This document shows positions 50,023 to 60,356 of a stretch of DNA of 60,356 bases, one piece after another. Both the position numbers and the translations under genes were made by a program. Positions within the stretch are counted from its first letter, which is position 1. Each line of letters starts with the position of its first letter. The stretch comes from Octopus bimaculoides. Taxonomy: Eukaryota. The notes beneath the pieces are model-generated. The model was given only the letters and a program-made list of their open reading frames with translations, did not search any database and was not told the DNA's origin. The stretch is from the NCBI RefSeq assembly GCF_001194135.2, contig NC_068989.1:96365814-96426169 (forward strand), read 5' to 3'.

Positions 50023-50295
50023 CTGAAATCTATTGAGAAAACATTAAAATTTTAATTCTTTTTTGTTTGTTGTTTCTTTTTGTCTATGCCTCTCCCCACC
50101 TTCCACCTCATTCTCAATGTATTAAGCTAATTGCTGTGAAGAACTTTCGACTATAATACCCAAGAGAACACATTTATATGTATTTTTTTGTTAACTGATT
50201 GGAAGAAGCATGGCAGAAGAATGTGTTGCTGCTTTCTTTGGTTGCTAAAAACTAAATCAAAAGAAAGAAAAAAGTATACACATTTTTTTTTTTGG

Positions 50296-50379
<84 letters not shown>

Positions 50380-51169
50380 CTCTCTCTTATTCTCTCCCTC
50401 TTTAAAAAGAAATAATTTTACTTGATGATCTAATATGATTGGACAATTTCCTCAAATCCTCCAGAGATTAACCAATTCCACTGTTTTGTTTAGGCAGATG
50501 TCTTTGTATTTTTCTCTTGCAACTGGAATTACCTATCTGTCACTCCCTTTCACTCTTTCTCCCTTTCTTTCTCTGGTCACTCTTTATGTGCCATTCACTC
50601 TCTTTCTTTCTCTCAAGAGATCATCCCCCCCCCCCTCAGTTTCATATTCTGTCTCATTTACAGGTTGACTGATCTAATAACTATGCATTATTAAGAAAGG
50701 CAATCAACAATGGCATTAATATCATATTCTACACACACACACACACAATTCTCCCTCCACTCCCTACTTTACTCTGTTACTTTCTCTCTCTCTCTCAAAC
50801 ACACAAACTCTGTCTATCTTTTCTCCTTTCAATCTGACTCTCTTATGTGCTCTCCCATCTCCCCCCACTGCTGTGATCTTTATCCCCTCTCATACCCCAC
50901 TACACACACACACACATCTTATACCTAAGTATTTGTCTATATATCATGATGTATCCTCCAATATCATTAAACAGCAGTATTCGAAAATTCTATACAAACA
51001 CCATACATACAAAACCTAATATATTCTATGTATATCTCACAGTAATCTTTAATAAATATAATGTGTATGTCTGTGTTTATATATGTATACACACACACAC
51101 ACACACACACACTTGCTCATCAATTTCAATAGACAAGGCCCAAGAGGCTGAGCATAATTGTTTTTACTT

Positions 51170-51720
51170 GTGTTTGTGTCTCTAATGTGACTTTAATCCA
51201 GCTAAAGATTAGCAAAATTGTCCAGCCTGAGGACAGGACACAGAACCGTTACACTGATCCGCTGGGATTGCATTTCTGGATTCTACCCCTGATCCTTTCT
51301 GTTGAAGATGAATCAATCATTGAGTTGTGAATTGCTTCAAAATAGGTTGATCTCCATTTGGCATCGTTCTTGGGCAAGCTCTTCAAAGGAAACAAGAGGA
51401 ACATATACACATCTGGGGTTTTTCTTCAGTTTGTCCTTAAAGCAGAGCCAGACCCTTCCACGATTTCTCTTACCCTCTTCAAGCTGTCTTTGCACACGAT
51501 ATGACCTGTCCAATGAAGTTGTGATCGCATATGAAATGATTCAATGCCTCCAATTTTACATTTTGATAAGAGCTTAACATTGGTGACTTGATCACCAAGG
51601 AGTAAGGCAAGAAATTGGTTGAAGACACAGTTTGTGGAAGACACCAAGGTGTGATTGGTTTGTGATCGGTATGGAACCCCAGACTTGAAACCATAGAGTA
51701 AAATGGACAAGATGACTGCA
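51170..51720 (-). mobile_element. Decayed RTE-BovB-like LINE C-terminal fragment
   Basis: SILLYG..VPYR..DQVTNVKLL..IESFHMRSQLHWTGHIV..KDSLK..FEELAQER. Confidence 0.82.
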
Positions 51721-51759
51721 TGTTGTATAAAATGCTGTATAAAACTTGTCCTTCTTTTA

Positions 51760-52091
51760 TACTCTAACCTCTTACCTGTCCACGCACTTGCTTGGTTCCA
51801 CTCCCTCTCTCATCTGAGAGGTCTGTGGCTTGCAAACTACTCGGTGAACCTCTGTCCTGGTGCCACATAGAAAGCACCTGTCCTGGTGCCACATGTAAAA
51901 ACCTATGCTGGTGTCATGTAAAAAGCATCCAGTACACAATGTAAAGTGGTTGGCATTAGGAAGGGCATCCAGCCATAGAAATCAAGCCAAAACAGATAAA
52001 TGAAGCCGGGAGCAGCTGTCTAGCTTCCCAGCTCCTGTCAAACCATTCAGTCCATGCCAGCATGGAAAACGGACATTAATTGATGATGATG
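51760..52091 (+). mobile_element. RTE-type 3'UTR with internal GTGCCACATA(G/T)AAAGCAC repeats and a GAT tail
   Basis: Same family as 37090-37310. Confidence 0.82.
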
Positions 52092-52385
52092 AGGCATGGA
52101 GTTCAATGGTTTTGAAGTTGGACTCTCAGATGTTCCGTCCTCAGTTTGATCCCTGGATTAGGCAGTGCTTTGTGTCCTGGATCAAGTTACTTCAGTTCAC
52201 TATGGTTTGATCTACCACTGAGCTGAAAGCAACTAACAGTGTCAGTGGTGGAGATGTAGTGGTGTTAATCCTGCAACAGACTGACATCCTGTGTTCCAAC
52301 AGGATCTTGTATACTCTCAGTCCTGTGAACATGATGGAAACCAGCAGCTCCAGCCTCTAATGGCCTTAAAGCCTTGAAACAGACT
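52092..52385 (+). mobile_element. Old V-like SINE copy
   Basis: Degenerate tRNA head; GCAACAGACTGACATCCTGTG; tail GAAACCAGC..GGCCTTAAAGCCTTGAAACAG, similar to 23656-23972. Confidence 0.55.
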
Positions 52386-53016
52386 TGAATTGTCAACTTG
52401 AATTTTATCTTAGTCATTTTACATCTGTTTTTCTGTGCTGGCATGGGTTAGACAAATATATTATTAAGGTGTGGCTTTGTGGTTGAATCGTCTCCCTGAT
52501 ACTAAGCATTACCTGTTTTTCAAGCATGGGATCTCTTATTCCATACAGCACCAAAGGGACAAAATGAGTAGAGAAGTCATTGAATGGAAAAATGCCAACA
52601 ACGGCACCTTTCAACATCGTGACTTTTGAATTAGTGAGTGCAGTTGGGAGCTAATGTGCGTGTGCACACACAAACAGACACAAAATTAGAAAGAGCTTAC
52701 AGTTGTTGAAACCATGCCAAAGCAGATATAGGAGCTCAGCAGATATTGGAGCCCTGTGGCTCATTGGTTCCTGCCAAACCATCCAGTCCATTCCAACACA
52801 GAAAAAGGGTCATTAAATGATGATGACGATGACAATGATATATACACTTGGTTTATTTCCAGTTTCCATCTTGTAAATCATTTCACAAGGCTTTGGTCAG
52901 CCTAGGGCTAGACCTGAAGATGTTTGCCCAAAGTGCCAAGTAATGGAACTGAACTCAAAATCACATGGTTGAGAAGTGAGCTTCTCAACCACACAGCCTT
53001 GTCTGCATCTTATATG

Positions 53017-53055
<39 letters not shown>

Positions 53056-53059
53056 GTGT

Positions 53060-53790
53060 GTACCATAAATCGTCAGGAGGATTACAACTGTTTCGCAGCC
53101 TTCTTTATGTAATCATGATTTCAGGTTATAGTAAATGATGCTCACCTGTTGAACCATTGGTGTAGTCATCATGTTCTGGTGATTTGATGAGCTGGCCCTC
53201 TTCATTTACAGTGATTCGTGAATATACAATTGTATTGTATAATGCAGAGCCTGCGTATTAGTGTGTAATGCCCATAATCCTGTGAAATGTCCATAATCCT
53301 GTGTAGTGTCCATAATCCTGTGAAATGTCCATAATCCTGTGAAGTGTCCATAATCCTGTGAAATGTCCATAATCCTGTGAAATGTCCATAATCCTGTGAA
53401 ATGTCCATAATCCTGTGAAATGTCCATAATCCTGTGAAATGTCCATAATCCTAAGGATGTGAACTGATTAAATGAATATATTCACCTCTCATACCTCTTC
53501 ACTTTTTATGGTTTCTATCCTCTCCTCATGAAATAATTTCGTTGATTGGCTCTTTGGGATTTCAGTTGCATGGACACTCTGCATCATTATACTCCTCTGT
53601 ATTGGATTCCTATGTTGTCTGTTAACTGGTTCTGTTAGAGAAGCTTTCTGTGATAGGCACACGACTCTATGAATCCATATATTACACTATGTGTGTGTGT
53701 GTGTAGAATTGGCGTGGAAGTTTATCCTTTTGTATCACTTTGCATTGATGCTGACTGAACAATGGTGACATTTGTTCAAGCTCTGCAACT
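53060..53790 (-). mobile_element. Possible decayed Penelope-like 3' region hosting the minisatellite
   Basis: Frameshifted SVIY..C / KEPINE / RGDRNHKK-like remnants at ~53480-53700, and GAAACAGTTGTA near 53090. Confidence 0.35.
53263..53452 (+). repeat. 19-bp minisatellite x10, GTGAAATGTCCATAATCCT
   Basis: Direct reading; the units are highly homogeneous. Confidence 0.95.
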
Positions 53791-55271
53791 TAGCAGTTCA
53801 ACATGCAAAGACCAGAGGCACAAAGAATCTGGCAGGGGAGGCATCCAGTCAGCCAGTCCAAGAATACTGACTCAAGAACTTTCATCTAAATCTTCCTAGC
53901 ATCAAAGAAGCTGATTTTAAAATGCTGTCGACAGTCTTCCATCCTTACTTCTCTCTCATTTTGTACATTTACATTGTGATTCCAACAATTAAGGCAAAAC
54001 TTATGCTTTTTGAAGAGGCCTAATCAGACAGAAACATGTCCAAAATTAACTCCCATAACTCAGTGAAATTATTAAACTCTATAATATCCTTAGTTGAAGT
54101 GATGCTGCCTTTTCCTCACTGCATCATTATTATTTGTTATAGGGTATTTGATGTTTTTGTCTTTTTTTTTTTTCATTAAATATGTTGCTAACAGTAATTG
54201 AATTTCTGACTCTGGTGTTTTACATGACTCATCACAAACTGGGTCAGTATATCGAGGTCAAATAACTGCTGCATGCCAATCCCTCATCCAAGCAATACCC
54301 AGGGGAGCAATTCAACTTAGAAATGCAACATAATGAAACAAATGTCAATTATATTTATTATGACAATGATGATGATGATGATGATAATGTAAAAAAACAA
54401 ACAAACAAACAAAAGAAAACAGTATAATTATTTCTTTTATTGTTGTAGTCGAGGTGTTTATTATAGTTGCTGTTGCATTAATAATGCTAATGGCGTTGGA
54501 TGTCTCTTACAAGTTTTGGACCTGCTTCTGCTATGAGGGACGCCGCCAGTTTGAGATGGTTTCAGTCTCTACAAACAAGGAGACGGTGCTAACCAAACCT
54601 GTCTTAGATGAACCAAAAATATAATGAAGACATTCCATATCTACTCTTTCTTTATTCTTTTAATGGTTTCAGTCTTAGAACTGTGGCTATGCTGGAACAC
54701 CACCTTAATTGATTTTCTATCTGTTTAGTCGTTCAGTGTTTGAGCTTTGGAGCTTTGTTGAACAGCTATTATTATGTGTTGGACAGATCTAGTTATCAAT
54801 TGAGGTGGTCAAGAAGGGTCAAGCTGTTTTCTCCTCTTGTGACAATGGTGAAAGAGATTCTGTGGTGGGTGTGAATGAGGACAGACACTTTCCTTTCTGT
54901 CCAAACCTTTATCTTTGTCAAGTGGTACTGCCTTCCCCAAAATTTGTTGAAAGGTAGTTGAGAGTGGACAGTAAACATGGTCCATGTAAATGGCCCTACT
55001 TTCTGAGAGGGAGAGAGAGAGGGGGGAGCACTTACCTTTGTTAATCAGAGTAATCCTGAGTCTGTTAACCCCTTCATTGTCCCTAACACTTGTCCTCCTT
55101 TCACCCTATTATCTATATTATAATTAGCATATTTATATCTTTTTCTTCTTAAATCCCTAACTGGTGACTGGAGGAGGATGCTGTCCTCTCAACCAGTATG
55201 CTGCTCTGGGTGCCACCAGACGACGGACTCTGGTGATAATGTTCAGCGTATTTATACACCATTTCTATATA

Positions 55272-55915
55272 TGAGGGGAAGTCAAAAATTATACACACTT
55301 TCACCATAACGTATCTTTATTACTGTCACACTGCCTTCTGCATATGTTTGCTTACAGTTGGTGCTATTGTGGTCACATGATCGAAGTTTGAGCCTCATCA
55401 TACCATTTTTCTTTCTGGCTTTACAGTTTAAGCATGACCGTTCCACCAGCAATGTGCACCGAAGAAGACTAGAAAGAGCAATGATCCGATTTTTCTGGTT
55501 GAAAAGTGTGTCAGGTGCTGAAGTTCATTGGAGGCTTTTAGCACAAAATGGAGACAGTGCACTACCATGTAGAAGTGTGTAGGAGTGGATCGAGAAGTTT
55601 TGAAGTGGCCGGACAAGCATGACACGCAAAGAGGGAGCAGGACGCTCAGCAAGCTCGAGCGATGGTAATGGTGAACCAGTCCACCATTAGCATCTCTTGG
55701 ATCGCTGCTCTTTGTTCCTCTTTGGTACACATTGCTAGTGGAACGGTCATGCTTACACTGCAAAGCCAGAAAGAAAAGTGATGTGATCAGGCTCAAACTT
55801 TCATCACATGACCACAATGGCACCTAATATAAGCACACATTCAAAGAAGTATGACTATAATAAAGATAATGTCATGGCAAAAGTGCAGATAGCTTCTGAC
55901 TACCCCCCCCCCCAC
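55272..55915 (+). mobile_element. Non-autonomous mariner derivative with a duplicated inverted 5' end
   Basis: TA|TGAGGGGAAGTCAAAAATTAT terminus. Transposase N-terminus RAMIRFFWLKSVSGAEVHWRLLAQNGDSALPCRSV*EWIEKF*SGRTS. The right arm 55699-55915 is the reverse complement of the first ~215 bp, including MTVPLAMCTKEEQRAAI. Confidence 0.86.
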
Positions 55916-55988
55916 CATGTATAGATATACTCCATCTTGTATGCTGTATGTCCTGTTTCATTTTATTTCATTCAGTTTTGATGTAATC

Positions 55989-56303
55989 CAGTGATTCCCA
56001 AGGTGGGGCGTACGCCCCACTGGTGGGGCCTGAGAAAATTCAGGTGGGGCGCGTTTTTTAAAAACATGAGAAATCGTAATAATTTTATCGATTTATTGGG
56101 TGTTATGCACTTTCAGTGCCTGTTGTTTCAATTCTCAAGCTATTTTTTTGTATTTTGAATACAATTTTTTAATTTTTGATTTTTTTCAATTGTAAGTAGG
56201 CCCACATGTACTTGTAAATGTGAGTGGACATGGGAAAAGGTGGGGCGTAAAAACTTTTGCTATGAAAAAGTGGGGCGCCGGGAAAAAAGGTTGGGAAACA
56301 CTG
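55989..56303. mobile_element. hAT-family MITE (315 bp)
   Basis: TIRs CAGTGATTCCCAA / TTGGGAAACACTG; perfect 8-bp TSD ATGTAATC at 55981-55988 and 56304-56311; subterminal GTGGGGCG repeats. Confidence 0.93.
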
Positions 56304-57639
56304 ATGTAATCTGTTTCATACTTNNNNNNNNNNNNTACTTTTTCTAATCTGGCCATGTCATGTCCCTTCATCTGAGGTTGGTGGGGGCCATAAGCAAGAA
56401 ATTACTATTATCATTGTCAGTGGTGCTGTTGTTGTAATAGTAGAGGTGGGGGGGGGAACGATTATTGTGGTGGTGGTGGTGGGTTGGTGGGGTGACTATT
56501 GTTGTGAAAACGACGTTGTTACTGTTATAGCAGAAATGGTAGGGGTGGGGATGGTTATAGTAGTGGTGATGATGATGATGTTGATGTTGTTGTGGTTGTG
56601 TTTTATGTATTCAAAGAAAATCAATATTTCATTGAAAATCACAAAGACTATGTTTGCATTCCATTTAACTCATTTTTTTTCTAAAGACATTCCTTGCCTG
56701 ACGACACAGCCACAAGTAGTCACACACATATGTACATGTACATATGTGTGCGTGTGTGAGTATTCACACACGCACACACACACAGAACACACACACACAC
56801 TTAGGTGCATGTGTGTGCACACCCTTATCTACATCTTTTGCATGCTTGCACATACACTGTTGTACTTTATCACAAACCTACACATACATTATCTCTCTTT
56901 CTCACACACACACATGTACAATTTGCTTTTTACTTTATTTCCATATAAAAACCTTCTCACCCAAATGTATTTTTCTTCTCATTTCCATAATATGTCTACC
57001 AATGCTAACCTGCCATCTTGAAGTAGTATTTTGGTCAGCTTTTAATAGAGAGATTATTTAGTGTATATTTTTGTGTGGGTGTCAGGTGAGAACTGAAACC
57101 CATGATGTAAGGGGAGGAGGGGTGAGCTACAGGAATCAGAAGAAATAAATGGAGACGAACTGAAACCCCTGATGTTGAGGGTTCCTCATTTGTTGGGAAC
57201 TTTGCTGTCACCAACACTTCTCACCTGTCTTTCAAGTAAAAGATTCTTTTGTTCTGCCACGACTTTGAAACAACAGAACAAATTCCAGGCCTTGTGCCCA
57301 GAGTAGAAAAGGATATTTAGCCACATTCACACACACACTCATACATGTAAATTGTGTGTTTGTGCATATATACAATCATCATTTAATGTCCTCCTTCTCC
57401 TGCTAGCATGAATTAGTTTATTAAGGCAGATAATTTTCTATGGCTGGATGCTCTTCCTGTCACCAGCCCTCACCTGTTTCCAATCCAATTAATATTTCCC
57501 CATGACCAAGTATGTTTGTCACAGAAGATCAGAAATGAACATCGTTGCTTGTATAACAGTGACACTTGTTTACAATCAACACACAATGTCAAAACTGGGC
57601 GGACCTCAAAAACACACAAACCTATACAAATACATCTTT

Positions 57640-58195
57640 TATCTTTTACTTGTTTTGGTGGCTTTGGCTGTGGCCATGTTGGGGCATCACCTTGAAGAAT
57701 TTTAGCTGAATGAATCAATCACAGTACCTTTTTTTTTAAAGTCTGGTATTTTGTTCTATTGAACTCTTTTGCTGAACTGCTAAGCTATAGGGACATAAAC
57801 ACACCAACACCGGCTGTCATGTGGTGGTGGTAGACAAACACACACATACACACACATGTATATAAATATGAGTCTTCTTTGAGTTTCTTTCTACCCAAAC
57901 CACTCACTGGGCTTTGGTTGGCCTGGGGCTATAGTAGAAGACATTTTGGCCAAGGGACCACGCAGTGGAACTGAAACCACAACCATGTGGTTGGGAAGAA
58001 AGTTCTTATCACACAACCATGCTTGCACCAATACATAGTAGACTTCTTTTAGGTGCCATCTACTAAATCCACTGAAAATGGTCAGTTTGAGGAAATAGTA
58101 GAAGGCACATGCCCAAGGTGCCAAGCAGTGGGACTGAAACCAGAACCATGTAGTTGAAAAGTTGACTCCCTAAACACACAACTATATTCATGCCT
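57640..58195 (-). mobile_element. SINE family A, one full copy plus a tandem 5' half
   Basis: Tail at 57640-57720, and two head/CORE blocks ending at ~58030 and ~58190. Confidence 0.75.
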
Positions 58196-58624
58196 CTTAA
58201 AAAAGATATCTACTTCTGTCCAGCGACTGAGACAAGTTAATGAATAAAGAATAGAGAGAATGTTGACATCCGTGTCGGTTTGTGAAGCATGTCGTTACCT
58301 TTTATGCTCCAAAGCCTGTCACATGTTTTATATTCAGGTTGGGTCACCTGAGAAACCAATGGGAATGCCTTTACATGGTCACTGAGTCTGCTGGAGAGAG
58401 AGAGAGAGCAAGGAAATCTCCCTCAAATATCACCCTACCACCTCATATGAAAAAAAAAGAAAATGCATTGAAGAATGTGTTCCTAGTTGGGAGAGATGGA
58501 ATGGTGATAGTTGTAATGGCTTTGATCACAGACCTGCTTGATCAGGCTCGACCTTGGGCTAAACAACAACTATGCTCCCTCCTTCCCTCCCCTCTCTCAC
58601 TCACACACATGAAATTTCACATAT

Positions 58625-58943
58625 ATGAACCCTTGCAAGTTACCTGGTGACCCTGTCATTGCAGGGGCCATTTAAAAAGCATCCAGTCCACACTGTAGAG
58701 TGGTTGGCATTTGGAAGGGCCTCCAGCTGTAAAAACCTTGCCAAAATTGACCTCAACTGTGCTTGTGTCATGTAAAAAGCACTCAGTCCATTCTGCTGGG
58801 TGGTTGGCGTTAGGAAAGGCATCCAGCTGTAAAAATCCTCCCAAAACAGATACAGGAATTGGGTGCCGGCTTCTGCCTGGCCAGCTCGAGTCAAACCCTG
58901 CCCCACCCATGCCAGCATGGAAGGTAGACGTTAAACGATGAGG
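58625..58943 (+). mobile_element. RTE-type 3'UTR
   Basis: Duplicated AAAAAGCA..GTGGTTGGC(A/G)TT(T/A)GGAAG block and a GCATGGAAGGTAGACGTTAAACGATGA end. Confidence 0.8.
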
Positions 58944-59123
58944 ATAAGTGTACATACACTCATACGCAACCACATGTACATCTGCTCATTTACTCCACTA
59001 CCCCCTGGCAGTAGCTAAGAGGGTGGGGCAGGAAGCTCCCCGCCCCCCCGTCCAAGTGATGCTTTTATGGGGTGGGAGAGGCACTTTTGAGTTGTTTTTT
59101 GCTTGGTTGTATGTTATTTGTAG

Positions 59124-59227
59124 GGAGTGAGGGGTTGGAAGAACAAACTGAAAGGCTGTCCCAGTGTGGGGGAGGGGACACCCAAGTTAGCAGCCATTGC
59201 CGGCTGGTTACACAACACACACACAAG
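59124..59227 (+). other. Candidate 104-nt plus-strand exon; unverified
   Basis: U-rich acceptor TTGTATGTTATTTGTAG, strong donor AAG|GTGAGT, and two open frames. Confidence 0.18.
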
Positions 59228-60318
59228 GTGAGTGCATTACATAATGTAGTCTGAGATGTAATGTGCCTGAATATAATATGGTGATGGTCGTGGCTGGAAT
59301 CGTTTCAATCCTAGGTCCTCTTCAGTGGGTCTGACCCTGGATTCAACAACAACAACACATGCACTCATCCAATTGGTTTTAACTCTTATACTCCTGTACA
59401 ATTATACACCCTTATCAAGGCATATACACTCTCTGCTGATGCTTCTCCTACACATACAAACATCCCCCCCTTCACACACACACACACACATATTCTAATT
59501 TACTTACATAATTATTATTCATTCATACAATTATTCAGCTACATGCACACATACACACACACACTCTCTCACTTCCACATAATTACACAGACACACCTAC
59601 TAAATACACCTACACATGTACCCACCCCCCCAAGCAGACACTCCTCGCATTCTTTTTTAATTTACTCTTTTACCCAAACATCTCTTCCCATTACACACAG
59701 TACATTCATCCATTCAGTCACTTACACACACACACACACACACTCTCTCTCTCTCTCTCTCTCTCTTTCTCCTAAACAAAGTGGATCTCTGTTGGTTAGA
59801 GTTAGAGTATTAGGGAGGGAAGTATCCTAGCTGTTTAATCAGCTAAACTTCCTCCCCATTCAATTAACATGGCAGAGAACTGTCAGAGTCCTGAGTGCAT
59901 CAAACAAAATGCCTTGTGGTATTTATTCCAGCATCCAGAATTTTGACTTAACATCCTGCTGAGGTCATTTGTGCCTTTTGTCCTTCAATAAAGTACCAGT
60001 GTACCTGTCTGTGTATATAAGGCAATGATACATACATACATTTAAATATATATATGAGTGTGTCTACATGTGCAACTATATGCATGAGAATACATACATA
60101 AAGCAAAACATGCAAATCTGTGCATATACATACACACATGCACACATACACACATACACACATACATACAATACGTACGTAGTTGAAATTTACAGAAAAG
60201 CAAAAGATGAAGACAGGTGTATGAACAACAAGTAGGTGTATATACATGTAACTCCCAACAAATGTGTTGAGTGCCCTTCTTTCGTTTGTCCACTCATATG
60301 TGTGTGTGTGTGTGTACA

Positions 60319-60356
<38 letters not shown>

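Noticed and set aside
53080-53110. GAAGGCTGCGAAACAGTTGTA, the 3' half of a possible hammerhead
   Set aside because: There is no CUGANGA at the right spacing and no stem II partner.
55030-55210. Strong minus-strand donor AAG|GTAAGT with an upstream TATA-like motif
   Set aside because: It lies in pyrimidine-rich sequence resembling an old PLE 3' end (decayed GAGGA-TGCTG-TCCTC hairpin), and there is no credible coding frame.
59295-59330. Hammerhead-like CTGAAGA..GAAAC on the minus strand
   Set aside because: Stem I does not pair. The segment aligns with the family C repeat tail, and the other copies lack the motif.

Overview
This is a repeat-dense, gene-poor eukaryotic window with nine assembly gaps. 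It is probably from an octopod cephalopod; this is inferred from the tRNA-derived SINE families, the (GAT)n-tailed RTE 3' ends and the extreme microsatellite load, not from a database search. No protein-coding host gene can be identified with confidence. Only a few unverified exon candidates were seen, mostly on the minus strand. The supportable content is mainly transposable elements: (1) three mariner derivatives, two of which carry a second inverted 5' end instead of a 3' end; (2) a MULE-like element with a 9-bp TSD whose arms carry mirrored SINE-tail arrays; (3) hAT-, piggyBac-like and unclassified MITEs; (4) RTE LINE fragments with a PHD finger inside the RT, one nested in a homologous site of an older copy; (5) Penelope-like elements, one with a nearly intact type I hammerhead ribozyme; and (6) many SINEs. 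There is also a degenerate intron-containing tRNA-Lys(UUU), a 430-bp palindrome, three minisatellites, and a 45-bp near-perfect long-range inverted repeat that overlaps a candidate exon. There are no CRISPR arrays or prokaryotic features. I found no demonstrably new biological system. The best leads are the ribozyme, the exon-overlapping inverted repeat, the SINE-loaded MULE arms and the double-5'-end mariners.
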